64,000 nt of DNA. It comes from an uncultured candidate division Zixibacteria bacterium. GTDB lineage: Bacteria > Zixibacteria > MSB-5A5 > GN15 > FEB-12. A program made the translations under genes and the position numbers. Within the stretch, counting starts at the first letter, position 1, and every line of letters begins with the position of its first letter. The DNA lies in the NCBI GenBank assembly GCA_963806185.1, contig CAWDXE010000001.1:640001-704000 (forward strand). The letters run 5' to 3'. Below, in pieces: positions 20,531-30,008 of this stretch. Below the pieces are notes generated by a model. The model had not been told where the DNA came from and did not search any database. It saw only the letters and a list, made by a program, of their open reading frames with translations.

Positions 20531-21631
20531 TCAGAACCGCAGATCCAAACCAATCCCGCCCGTCAGATCAAGATAGTCATACACCCAGTAGTTCGACTGC
20601 TTGTGATAATTGCGGAGATGTCCTACAAGGGTTACCAGGTCACTGAGCTGGTATCGGTGCTCAAACTGAAAATCGGCGTAGTCGATGTGCACCCGGTTGA
20701 GACGGCCGATACTGCTGTTCCAGTAGTTGGGGTAATCTTTGTTCTTGAATTCGAATGAGATTCGGGTTTGATGCCGACCGCCGGGATACAGTTTGAGATC
20801 GATCTGATACCGGCGCTGCATGTAACCGTAGAAATTCTCGAAATTATCATTGCGATCGATGTACTGCAGCGTGACGCCGACTTCATTCTTGCGCCAGAAT
20901 TGACACGTTCCGGCAATAAGGGTGCTGTTCTCCCGGAAGCTGCGAATCTCGAATGGCCGATTTACGAACGCACCGTATCTGACGGTGTACGTCCGCCGCT
21001 TGTCGTAAGTTCGTCGCTCCGACGCGAATTCGGCGCGTAATTCCACCCGGTCACCCATCGGCACATGCGCCCCGACCTGAACGTCTCGACTAATGTAGTC
21101 GTAGGAAGTCAGTCCCGGTTCCTCGTCATAGTTCTCACCCTGATACGTAAAGCTCTGGTCAAAGCGAACGCCAAACAGTTCAACCCGATTCCAGAGACCA
21201 AAGGTGCTTTCCCATCGTTTCAACGTTCGTGACTGAAGAGTCCCGGTGTCGTCTATCAGATCCTTGTTGCGGCGTCCCACCGAAACCTCACCCCCCACTC
21301 TGCCATTTTTCGCATAGCGATAAGTCGGTTCATACGCGAAGCCAAGCGAACTTCTGTTTCGGTTGCTGTAGCTCGGATATGCATCCAGGTCTGTCGACAC
21401 TGTTACGCGCTGGCTCAGCCTTGGCGTGAGCCGAAGCTGCCAGTTAAGGTCGGCAGCCAGTTGATTCAGGAAGGCCGACGTCTGAATCGAATCGGCATAG
21501 GCATGATAGATATTGGATTCGTATGCGCCCTGATAGGAGGTGGAGAACTCCCATCGCGACTTCGACTTTACCTTGGCAAAACCACTGGTCGCCAGCAACA
21601 GCGCACAGACTAAGATGACGGGTGATCGCAT
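20531..21631 (-). CDS. Outer-membrane beta-barrel protein
   Basis: Signal peptide, 'YESNIY' start motif, alternating strands, C-terminal 'GIGLDLRF'. Confidence 0.7.
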   Translation of the reverse strand: MRSPVILVCALLLATSGFAKVKSKSRWEFSTSYQGAYESNIYHAYADSIQTSAFLNQLAADLNWQLRLTPRLSQRVTVSTDLDAYPSYSNRNRSSLGFAYEPTYRYAKNGRVGGEVSVGRRNKDLIDDTGTLQSRTLKRWESTFGLWNRVELFGVRFDQSFTYQGENYDEEPGLTSYDYISRDVQVGAHVPMGDRVELRAEFASERRTYDKRRTYTVRYGAFVNRPFEIRSFRENSTLIAGTCQFWRKNEVGVTLQYIDRNDNFENFYGYMQRRYQIDLKLYPGGRHQTRISFEFKNKDYPNYWNSSIGRLNRVHIDYADFQFEHRYQLSDLVTLVGHLRNYHKQSNYWVYDYLDLTGGIGLDLRF

Positions 21632-21650
21632 AGGTGTATGTTCCTGTGTG

Positions 21651-23372
21651 TTATTGGCCCATCAGAGCCTGGTACTCGCGATTGAACTTTTCCGATTCCG
21701 GCTTGGCTTCAGCCGCCTTGGCATACGCCTCTCGGGCTTTGTCTTTCAGATCCAGCTTCAGATATATCTGCCCGAGTTTCCAGTATGATTTCCAGTTGTC
21801 TGAATCGTTCTCTATTGCCTTCTGAAGTAGCTGCACCGCTTCAGTCAGGCTACCGCTCTTTTCTTCCAGAATCGCCAGATTGTGATACGCTTTAGCGTAA
21901 GTCGGGTCGCGCTTGATTGCCTCGCGCAAGTCAGCCCGGGCGTCATCGATTCGGTTGAGTTCACTGAAAGCTTTAGCGCGGTTGAAGTAGGATTCCGGTG
22001 AATGAGTTAACCCTATTAATCGGGTCAAATAGACCGCCGCAGAGTCATACTCTTCAAGTTTCAGGTAGGTGGTGCCGAGATTGTTAAGCCCTTTTGTATT
22101 CACCGGATCCTGATCGAGCAAGGTGTGATAGGCCGCGGCCGCATCCTCCGACTTGTCCTGCTTACTGGAACACAGCGCCAGATTGAAGAGGGCCTTCAGG
22201 TTTTCCGGATCGAGTTCCACCACATTGCGGTAGGCGATTTCGGCTGAATCGAACCGCTGACGATCATAATAGAGCTGCGCCAGACTGAAATATGCCTTTG
22301 AATAGTTCGGCTTGAGCGCTACCGCCGCCCGGTAATGTCTCAAGGCACTATCGGGCTGATTCGCCTTTTCAAACAGCAGCGCCAGGTTATAGTGCGCTTC
22401 ATGATAACTGCTGTCATACTTGATTGCCGCGCGGTACGCCTCGGCGGCTTTATCGAATCGTTCCAGATGGTTGTTGGCGATGGCCAGGTTGAAATAGGTT
22501 GCGGCGTCAGTTGGCTCGATCACAATCGCCTTCTCATACGCGCCGACAGCCTTGTCATACTGCTCCACCTTGCTGTAACAGACGCCGAGATTCTTGAACA
22601 CGCGCGACTTCTTCATCCCCAGCGATGCCACCTTCTCAAAATCGCTCGCGGCTTCGGCGTACTTGCCGTCGTTCATGCGAATGAGGGCCAGGTTGTAGCG
22701 CGCTTCCGTGTATCCAGGCCGCAAGCGCAAGGCGTCGAGATAGCTCTTCTCGGCCTGCTTGTCGTTCTTCAGTCGATGATAAACCAGCGCCAAATTGTAG
22801 TGTGCCGGTGCCGACTCGGCCGACTTGCGAATCTCCGTCGCCTTCTTAAACCAGGTGATCGCGTCATCGTTTGATCCGATGGACATGTACAGCGTGGCCA
22901 GGTTGTAGTTCGGCTTATAGTAGAATGGCCGGAGCGCGATGGCTTGTTTATACGATCTTATGGCATCGCCCATCTTTTCGGTGCGATGATATACGATCCC
23001 CAAGTTGTACCACGCACGCGCGTACCCGGTATCGATTTCAAGCGCCTTCTTCAGGTACGGAATAGCGTCGCTGTACGCCTTCTTGGTGATGAGCACTGAG
23101 GCCGAGTCGTTGTAGGCAACCGCCTGCGGATTGCGACTATTGGTCATCTCATCGTCAGCGTCTGTCGACGAAGAATCGGCTGTAGAATCGACCACCGGCT
23201 GCGATTCAATCTCCGATGCGGTCGACCCCTGCGTGATCGGAGCAGCCGCTTGAGCGGTGACGTGAATGACTTCGCGCCGCTTGTCGTCAATCGAGCCGCT
23301 CTTTTCCACGGCGAAAACGACAACCGCCGCGGCGCAGATCCAGGCAATGATATTAATGATATAGTACTTCAT
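21651..23372 (-). CDS. Exported tetratricopeptide-repeat protein
   Basis: N-terminal hydrophobic segment, then many 'A.YNLA..Y......A...Y..A....P' TPR units. Confidence 0.88.
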   Translation of the reverse strand: MKYYIINIIAWICAAAVVVFAVEKSGSIDDKRREVIHVTAQAAAPITQGSTASEIESQPVVDSTADSSSTDADDEMTNSRNPQAVAYNDSASVLITKKAYSDAIPYLKKALEIDTGYARAWYNLGIVYHRTEKMGDAIRSYKQAIALRPFYYKPNYNLATLYMSIGSNDDAITWFKKATEIRKSAESAPAHYNLALVYHRLKNDKQAEKSYLDALRLRPGYTEARYNLALIRMNDGKYAEAASDFEKVASLGMKKSRVFKNLGVCYSKVEQYDKAVGAYEKAIVIEPTDAATYFNLAIANNHLERFDKAAEAYRAAIKYDSSYHEAHYNLALLFEKANQPDSALRHYRAAVALKPNYSKAYFSLAQLYYDRQRFDSAEIAYRNVVELDPENLKALFNLALCSSKQDKSEDAAAAYHTLLDQDPVNTKGLNNLGTTYLKLEEYDSAAVYLTRLIGLTHSPESYFNRAKAFSELNRIDDARADLREAIKRDPTYAKAYHNLAILEEKSGSLTEAVQLLQKAIENDSDNWKSYWKLGQIYLKLDLKDKAREAYAKAAEAKPESEKFNREYQALMGQ

Positions 23373-24244
23373 AGTCTCTTCCGTAAACCGGCCTGATTGG
23401 CCAGTTGAATATTCAGTCCCGGGCGGGCGTTTACTTCCAGAATCAATGGCCCCTGAACAGCATCGCAGACGAAATCCACGCCGATATACCCCAGTCCGAC
23501 AATTTCGCTTACGCGCGACCCTATCTCGAGCATTTCCATGAAATAGGGAATCGGCTGACCCGCCAGCGGCGCGCTCGACTCCGGATGATGCCTGATGATA
23601 TCGTTGTGGTGTACGCCATCAAGCGACAGCCCGGTGGCGATGTCGATCCCTACCCCGATACCTCCTTGGTGAAGATTCGCCTTGCCATCCGACTCCTTGG
23701 TCGGCAGGCGGCACATTGCCATAATGCACCGATCCAACTTGTATATCAGGCGGATATCACCAACTCCTTCGATCCCCTCCGGGATGAATGGCCGCAACTC
23801 GGGGTGATTGACTACGGTCTCTTCGAAATAGCACGTGTCAGCCACATTATCCAGGGAGAACGCACCGTTCAGTATCTGTAAGACATGGAAAGATACATCC
23901 TCAGCTGTCCACTCTTCCCCGGACGATTGATAACCACTCTCCGTGCGCTTGACGAGCTTGATCCCGTTACCGCCGTAACCGGTATTCGGCTTGATGACAA
24001 AGTTCGGAAATTCGCGCACGACTACTTCCCAACGCGCCAGTGACCTGGGATCGATAACCTCGTGATACGTTCGTGGAGTCGGAATGCCCGCCTTGGACAA
24101 CAACTCCTTACAACGCAACTTGTCGTCGACATTCGGAAAGAATCGACGTTCGTTGTGGGTGTAGATCAAGTCAAGATTGCGGGCGTTGATCCCCAGAACT
24201 CCTTTGCGCGAGGGTAGCCAATTGGTCAGTCTATCTTTCAGCAT
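23369..24244 (-). CDS. Alpha-L-glutamate ligase-like ATP-grasp protein (RimK-related)
   Basis: 'GVLGINARN..IY..N.RR.FPNVDDKL.CK', 'FVIKP..GYGGNGI', 'GDIR', 'RLPT..SDGKANLHQGG', 'GYIGVD', 'LEVNARPGLNIQLAN'; true start MLKDRL (the 24877 start overlaps the upstream gene). Confidence 0.9.
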   Translation of the reverse strand: MLKDRLTNWLPSRKGVLGINARNLDLIYTHNERRFFPNVDDKLRCKELLSKAGIPTPRTYHEVIDPRSLARWEVVVREFPNFVIKPNTGYGGNGIKLVKRTESGYQSSGEEWTAEDVSFHVLQILNGAFSLDNVADTCYFEETVVNHPELRPFIPEGIEGVGDIRLIYKLDRCIMAMCRLPTKESDGKANLHQGGIGVGIDIATGLSLDGVHHNDIIRHHPESSAPLAGQPIPYFMEMLEIGSRVSEIVGLGYIGVDFVCDAVQGPLILEVNARPGLNIQLANQAGLRKRL

Positions 24245-24246
24245 GC

Positions 24247-25848
24247 TCAAGCCCGTATCAACAGATGTTTGAATCGAACATATTCCATGAGGCGAAATCC
24301 GGAATACCTCCCGATGTAGATGTAGAGCGCTATGACAACGAGTATCAGCTCCGGAAAGCTTATCACTAATGACTGGAGGAAGCGCCACGACATGAGGCCG
24401 TAGGCCACCGCCGCGACCGCGAGCGTCAGGGCGGCAGTCCGTGCGGCATGCTTTACGCCGAATTCTTCCGTTACCAACGAGAATCGTTCGACCGTCAGCG
24501 TCAGTATCACCATGGGAAACAGCGCAACTCTGGCAACGTCGAGCCAGCCCAGGCGAACGCCCAGAATGGTGATGCCGAGTATGAACAGCACCAACGAGGA
24601 GAGGATGATGGCCAGCCGTGGGGTATGGAGCAACTGCAGTCGGGATAGGACTAATCGCACCAACGCGCCAAAAGCAATGATGGTCGCAAACAGCGCAACG
24701 CCGATAGTCAGGCCGGTATCTCGAAAACCGATCGCCAACAGGGCAGGCATGAACGTGCCAAAGGTTTCGATGCCGATAAGGTTGCGAAAGAGTACCACTG
24801 CCAGAATACCGATCGGCAACATGATGATAATGCGTAGTAGTTCGAGCGAGATAGCGACTCGCTTGAAGGTCGCCCATATATTGAGAATATCGAGCGGGCT
24901 TTCGCCGGCCGTGGTTATCCCGGCACTGTTCTGAACCAGTCGCTTTTTCAGATTGAAGAAGTACTTGAAATTGATGTCTTTCGTGTGCGTGATCGCCGGT
25001 TTCTCGCCGTAATACAATATGAGATAATCGGACGGGATTTCCGCAAAGTACTTGTTGGTCGGGCAGAAGGGCACCCAGTAACCGGCTATATACGCTTCCA
25101 CCCAGATGTGTGTTGCCCGTGACTGCCCCTGGCTCAGTATCTTTCCTCCTACCAGACGCGTCGGCAATCCAATATGACGGGCCAGGGCAGCAAATAGCCG
25201 CGCTTTACCGCCGCATGACGCTTCTCCCAGATGGTACGCGGTCAGCGCATCCGTAGTCCCCGAGTACTGCACATACTTCAACCCGAAGGTGGTGAAGTTG
25301 TAGATAGCGCGTGTATTTGCAAGCACCGTACTATCGGGCGAAAGGGCCAACGAATCGGCCAACCTTGCCATCTCAGGGCTGTCGGATTGAATGGCGGTGT
25401 CGGTCAATAGATACCTGGCAACCGAGTCGGGAACGGATTCACTTGATATCAGAGTGGAATCGATGACGAATTTCTGGTTCTTCGTTATCACCGTCGCCGT
25501 GTAGGTAAGCCGCCGCCGCCCGTCCACGCCGTCAGAACGCCAGACCCCGAGCCGATCTCCATCGATCGTCTCCACTTCGAATTTCAGATCGCCTGAATTG
25601 AACGCCTCGTCCGAGACGGACTGGTTGGTTAGATTCTGCGGGAGAGCCATCGCAATGTCTACCGCTGAGCCGTGACCGTCAAACTCCATCACCGTCTCCA
25701 GGTAGTAGCTCTCGGTCTGGACGATGGCATCAAGCGTATACCCAAGATAGGCGATCTTGAAAAACGCCATGGCGGAGGCCGCCGTCACCAGCAATGCCGG
25801 CAGTACACCGACCAGCCATCGCGAATTGTGGCGAATTCTCACGGACAT
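24247..25848 (-). CDS. Transglutaminase-like domain fused to a 7-TM domain (usual partner of this ATP-grasp family)
   Basis: 'ASCGGKARLFAALAR..GLPTRLVGG', 'HIWVEAY..YWVPFCPT'; 7TM part 'RNLIGIETFGTFMPALLA', 'ALFPMVILT..VERF', 'GRYSGFRLMEY.RF'. Confidence 0.88.
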   Translation of the reverse strand: MSVRIRHNSRWLVGVLPALLVTAASAMAFFKIAYLGYTLDAIVQTESYYLETVMEFDGHGSAVDIAMALPQNLTNQSVSDEAFNSGDLKFEVETIDGDRLGVWRSDGVDGRRRLTYTATVITKNQKFVIDSTLISSESVPDSVARYLLTDTAIQSDSPEMARLADSLALSPDSTVLANTRAIYNFTTFGLKYVQYSGTTDALTAYHLGEASCGGKARLFAALARHIGLPTRLVGGKILSQGQSRATHIWVEAYIAGYWVPFCPTNKYFAEIPSDYLILYYGEKPAITHTKDINFKYFFNLKKRLVQNSAGITTAGESPLDILNIWATFKRVAISLELLRIIIMLPIGILAVVLFRNLIGIETFGTFMPALLAIGFRDTGLTIGVALFATIIAFGALVRLVLSRLQLLHTPRLAIILSSLVLFILGITILGVRLGWLDVARVALFPMVILTLTVERFSLVTEEFGVKHAARTAALTLAVAAVAYGLMSWRFLQSLVISFPELILVVIALYIYIGRYSGFRLMEYVRFKHLLIRA

Positions 25849-27371
25849 GACGCGGCCCCTACGATATCACGACGAGTCACGGCCGATCCCGCCTTGGAGC
25901 AGTTCGGATATTGCGTAATCACCGTGCAGTATTCGGAATGGGCAGGGGCATTGTTGGATGATCCATTGAGCTGCTCGTAACAACGGCCCGCCCAGTAGTG
26001 AGCGTCGCCTGCATCCTTTGCGGTAGGATAGCCGTTGTAGTAAGCCTGATAAGCGGTCAGTGCGTTCGTGTAGTCCGCATCATTATAGTAGGCGGTGGCA
26101 ATTCTGTATTTGGCGTCGGAGACAAAGTCGTTGGTCGGATACGTAGCGATAAACGACTGGTAGAGCGTAACGGCGGTCGGGAAGTTACCCAGATTGTATT
26201 CACAGTTGGCCTTGTAATAGGCCGCGTGTGGGGCGTAGGACGAGGTCGGAAATTTCACCCGCACCGAATCGAAGTCATCGCGGGCCTGAATAAACGTGTT
26301 GGTCTCCATCTTGTATTTGCATTGCGCCCGGTAGTACCAGCACTCGGCAATCTTATCTCCCGTTGGATAGGCACTGATGGCCGTATTGAATTGCGTCAGG
26401 GCCTGCGAATAATTGTCCTGATTGTAATATGACATCCCCTTGTAATAACTGGCCCGCTCGGCGTTCAGTGTGTTGGGATACTGCGTGATAACCTTGGTAA
26501 ACTGCGTGATCGCCGAGGTCCACTGGTCGGTGCTGTAATAGAGATACGCTGAACCGTAAATCGCATCAGGCGCATTCAGTGAGCTCGGGTAGGTGGTTTC
26601 CACCGCCAGGTAGGCCGCGATGGCTGACGAATAACTGGCAAGGGCTTCGTATTCGCGTCCAACTCGATACTGAGCCTGCGGGGCGATGAATCGGGTGGCG
26701 TAATTGGTCACGACGAACTGAAAATCCGCCAGCGCACTGTTAAAATTCCGCTTGGCGTCCTTGTAGGCTCCGCGCCAATAGTAGGCATCCGGAACCAGGC
26801 TGTCGGCAGGAAACGTACTTATCAGGACGGAAAAATTATTGATCGCTGAATCGTACATATTCTGCTGACCAAATGCCAGGCCGATACGATAGCGACTCAC
26901 CGCCGCATATGGTCCGGTCGGATTACCGGAAATCAGGTTGCGAAGACGCGCTATGGCACTGTCGGTATGATCGTACGTATACATCCGCATCGCCTCGCCG
27001 AACAGTTGCGCCACCGTGTTGTTGCTTGCCGCCAGTGTCACTGTCGGATTGGATACGGTTTGCCCGGCTGTCGTCACGGCGACACCGGCCAGATTCTGAT
27101 CCGCGTATCCGGCTTTCGAGAATGTCAGCGTGTAGGTACCATATGGCACGCCGACAATCGTATAGCTGCCGGCGCTATTCGTGGCACCGATAATGCCGGT
27201 ATTCCCGACATACACGAATATCCCCGCATGGTTGCCTGTACCTGATAACGTCGCCGTTCCAGTCACGGTACCGGACGGAATGAGGTCAACATTCACAAAT
27301 GTCGTGTCTGCCTGGGCCAGGGTTGTGCAAAGACTGATGGCCGTCAAAGTAAGAAACAGGACTCGCTTCAT
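25839..27371 (-). CDS. Exported protein with a carboxypeptidase-regulatory-like domain and BamD/CpoB-like TPR array
   Basis: Signal peptide; 'TN..G.YTI.GVP.GTYTLTFSKAGY'; repeats 'A...F..VI..YP......DA.Y..G'. Confidence 0.82.
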   Translation of the reverse strand: MKRVLFLTLTAISLCTTLAQADTTFVNVDLIPSGTVTGTATLSGTGNHAGIFVYVGNTGIIGATNSAGSYTIVGVPYGTYTLTFSKAGYADQNLAGVAVTTAGQTVSNPTVTLAASNNTVAQLFGEAMRMYTYDHTDSAIARLRNLISGNPTGPYAAVSRYRIGLAFGQQNMYDSAINNFSVLISTFPADSLVPDAYYWRGAYKDAKRNFNSALADFQFVVTNYATRFIAPQAQYRVGREYEALASYSSAIAAYLAVETTYPSSLNAPDAIYGSAYLYYSTDQWTSAITQFTKVITQYPNTLNAERASYYKGMSYYNQDNYSQALTQFNTAISAYPTGDKIAECWYYRAQCKYKMETNTFIQARDDFDSVRVKFPTSSYAPHAAYYKANCEYNLGNFPTAVTLYQSFIATYPTNDFVSDAKYRIATAYYNDADYTNALTAYQAYYNGYPTAKDAGDAHYWAGRCYEQLNGSSNNAPAHSEYCTVITQYPNCSKAGSAVTRRDIVGAASCP

Positions 27372-27418
27372 GGTTTGCTCCCTATATTCTCAGTCGTCAT
27401 TTTCCGGTTGATAACCGC

Positions 27419-27922
27419 TCACTGGCACGCCGGCAGCGGAGTGAAATTGATGAAAAGATTGTCGATAAGTGCGGTCAGATCGCCGATATCGACATTGCCG
27501 GTTGGATCGCCATCGCAGTTGGCCTCCTTCACACAACACAGCGGCGTGAAGGTGATAAACAAATTGTCTATCAAGCCGGTCAAATCGCCGATGTCGACAC
27601 CGTCGCCCGGCGAGCAGTCAACATTGCCGACTGTCGCCACACAACAGGTGCCAACGGCAACATTCGTGCGGATGAGTGGTTGGTAGTTGGAGCGCCCAAC
27701 CAGAAAGGTATACGCCCCGTCAGGCACGTTCGGGAATAAGTACTTTCCGGTTACGTCCGTCTGGGTGCTGTCTCCTGTCTGCAGTATCTTGACCACCACG
27801 TTTGGAACCGGCTGGGCCGTCACGGAGTTCTTTACAACTCCGCTGACCGTCCGAGCGGCTACGTGTGTCCCGACTATGCTGACAAAGACAAGGATGAGAA
27901 TCAGTTGGAAGAACTTTGACAT
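27419..27922 (-). CDS. Small secreted protein with a carboxypeptidase-regulatory-like domain and dockerin-like CTD
   Basis: Signal peptide; 'VSGVV....T.QPVPNV.V....TD..GKY.F.NVPDG.Y'; CTD. Confidence 0.85.
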   Translation of the reverse strand: MSKFFQLILILVFVSIVGTHVAARTVSGVVKNSVTAQPVPNVVVKILQTGDSTQTDVTGKYLFPNVPDGAYTFLVGRSNYQPLIRTNVAVGTCCVATVGNVDCSPGDGVDIGDLTGLIDNLFITFTPLCCVKEANCDGDPTGNVDIGDLTALIDNLFINFTPLPACQ

Positions 27923-28193
27923 GCTTAGGCCCGTAGCTAAGGGTTCAAAGAATCGATGATTGGCTGTCTTTCAATCAAGAACAGCACGGGTCCAATTTGG
28001 TGCATTTTCAAGCGAAGATTTCTGAAAAAACTTCGCTGGCGACTTACTTTAGTGCGAGACCGGGCGATGGAGATATTCCCCGAACCCGAGCGCCAAATGC
28101 CTATCACGCGTCTATCTAACCAAGATATCAATTATCGGCATTTCGTCAAGAAGGCAATAGTCCCATGCTGCCGAAGCAGTAATATGGATTATG

Positions 28194-29300
28194 TTACTCT
28201 GTGATACGATCTTTATGGCCTTCAAAGAGAGATTGATAAGCGGCATATCGTGGTAGATTCGGCCCCGCGTACAGTCGTTTCGGCCAGGCGAGCAACATCA
28301 CGGCCAGCACGTTTCGATGCTCCCCCTGAGCCAGATCGGTGTTGCCGAGTACGGACGGAATCATACGGTTCTTTGCATCGTACGCTTTGACAATCGCCTT
28401 GCGGCAGGCGTCGACCAGCGGGTTCTGTTCCTGCCGGGTGAGGCAAAAGCATAGACCTACCTCGGCGATAATATCCGGCGTGGCTTCTTGCAGGATTCGC
28501 CGACTCCTCGCGGCGAAGTAAGAAGTGATTCCGCCATATGCAGAAGAGTCAACCCATTCCTGATAGTAGCAGCTTGCAGCGAGAACGATGTGAGTTAAGG
28601 CATATAGCTTGTCGCCAAACTCGTCGGCATCAAGATTGCGATCGAGCGAGTCCGGGAAAACGCTTTCTACCACGGCCCGGTACGAATCTCGAAAATCAGC
28701 TGCACCCAGCGCCTGGAGGTAATAGACGTAGTTTACCGCCTGCGGAGCGAAGACACGAACGACGGCTGTGTCGAGGAGAAACGGGGCAAAATTGTGTGCC
28801 GCTACCACCTGCTTGGCGCGTTCGAAGAGTCCGGAGAACCGCGAAGAATCGAGCCCGTACTCAAAGAGCTTGTTAGTCTGTGTCAGAACGTTGAGATAGA
28901 TCAGCTCCCCTTCCCATTTCTTGAGCACCTCACCCCGCATTTGTGCCTTTCGGGTATTGCGGGAGAACGGCTGGAACAGACCGGCCGTCCGTTGCTCGCA
29001 GTAGTCCGGATCCCCGAGCGAATCCAAGTCGCGCTCGAGTTGATCGATGGTCAGGCTGACATCAAAGAGGATCGGATAGATGAGCGAGGTATCACCGGTG
29101 GTACGGTAGATTCGCACGGCATAGTGGCGTTGGATATCGGGATCCAACGTGTGCAGGGAGGACTCGAATCCGGTCCTGATCTCTCCCGCAATCCGTGCAT
29201 ATATGTCTTTCGCATTTATGGTCGGGCAGTATCCCACACACATTGCAACCAGAAGCAGGGATGCAACGGGACTGAGCCAGCGAATGAAGGATGACTTCAT
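28194..29300 (-). CDS. DUF3541-like exported protein
   Basis: 'QRHYAVRIYRTTGD', 'YALTHIVLAAS.YYQ', 'DIIAEVGLCF', 'GEHRNVLAVMLL' recalled as DUF3541 motifs; signal peptide from MKSSFIRW. Confidence 0.65.
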   Translation of the reverse strand: MKSSFIRWLSPVASLLLVAMCVGYCPTINAKDIYARIAGEIRTGFESSLHTLDPDIQRHYAVRIYRTTGDTSLIYPILFDVSLTIDQLERDLDSLGDPDYCEQRTAGLFQPFSRNTRKAQMRGEVLKKWEGELIYLNVLTQTNKLFEYGLDSSRFSGLFERAKQVVAAHNFAPFLLDTAVVRVFAPQAVNYVYYLQALGAADFRDSYRAVVESVFPDSLDRNLDADEFGDKLYALTHIVLAASCYYQEWVDSSAYGGITSYFAARSRRILQEATPDIIAEVGLCFCLTRQEQNPLVDACRKAIVKAYDAKNRMIPSVLGNTDLAQGEHRNVLAVMLLAWPKRLYAGPNLPRYAAYQSLFEGHKDRITE

Positions 29301-29456
29301 TAATAGAAGATCAGGCAAACTCGCCAATTGTCAAGTTAAGAAACCACCGTAACGTTATCCCCTTTAAGCAATTGGCCACGACCTCTTCCTCCGATTGAGC
29401 AGCTGTCATAACATTATAATGAGGAGGGAGCTTATCACTTTGTCGGCCTGATGGTC

Positions 29457-29507
29457 TCAGGCAGTCCCTATCACCCGGTTGCGGAACGCGTCTCGTAGAC
29501 TCCGCCA
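29457..29507 (+). repeat. Junction repeat family A, copy A6
   Basis: tcaggcagtccctatcacccggttgcggaacgcgtctcgtagactccgcca(ctatc); minus strand reads WRSLRDAFRNRVIGTA*. Confidence 0.85.
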
Positions 29508-29554
29508 CTATCTTATCTCTATAATCACCAACGAGTTGCCGTGATATCAAAAAT

Positions 29555-29578
29555 CCGACCTCAGTCTCTGAAGACTCT
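29555..29578 (-). repeat. Inverted family-B arm at the left end of the hgc module
   Basis: ccgacctcagtctctgaagactct matches the reverse complement of 36204..36227 at 20/24 positions. Confidence 0.7.
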
Positions 29579-29597
29579 GCGAAATCCTGGATAGGCC

Positions 29598-29626
29598 TTG
29601 ACCAAAAATGGGAATTCGCCGATATT
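29598..29626 (+). promoter_or_regulatory. Sigma70-type promoter of arsR-hgc operon
   Basis: TTGACC-17 nt-GATATT, 9 nt before the arsR ATG; no RBS, so possibly leaderless. Confidence 0.6.
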
Positions 29627-29647
29627 GTTCGATATATGTCGAACAAT
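29624..29647. promoter_or_regulatory. ArsR/SmtB-type operator (11-2-11 inverted repeat)
   Basis: ATTGTTCGATA-TA-TGTCGAACAAT with one mismatch, overlapping the -10 box and the arsR start codon. Confidence 0.72.
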
Positions 29648-29992
29648 CGAAATAAGAAGATCGGCGACTATACCCGGATGTTCGCCGCTCTATCAAACCC
29701 ACACCGGGCAGCGATTCTCCTGCGCCTGGCCAATTGTTGCTGTGGTGATGCCATTAGTTGCAGCCACGATGAGATGCGAACCTGCGTCGGCGACGTCGCC
29801 AAACATCTCAAGATCGCGGCGTCCACGGTTTCACACCACATCAAAGAACTGCACCAAGCCGGATTGATCAAGATGGAGCGTTGTGGGAGAACCGTCAAAT
29901 GTTGCGTTGATGCTGAAGCCGTGCGAGAATTGGCCAATTTTCTCGATCGAGCGGTGAAGCAAGCACCGAAACCTGAACGAAAGAAAGCCTGA
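29636..29992 (+). CDS. arsR: ArsR/SmtB-family Cys-rich transcriptional repressor
   Basis: 'MFAALSNPHRAAIL..L', 'CCC', 'CVGDVA..L.IAASTVSHHIKEL..AGLI', 'CC'. Confidence 0.88.
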   Translation: MSNNRNKKIGDYTRMFAALSNPHRAAILLRLANCCCGDAISCSHDEMRTCVGDVAKHLKIAASTVSHHIKELHQAGLIKMERCGRTVKCCVDAEAVRELANFLDRAVKQAPKPERKKA

Positions 29993-30008
29993 GAGACGGA
30001 GGATCGAC

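Noticed and set aside
23369..24877. ORF-track N-terminal extensions (24877, 5211, 40366, 37539, 33810, 32293, 957)
   Set aside because: They overlap upstream genes; downstream starts with an RBS or ATGA coupling and family-typical N-termini were used instead.
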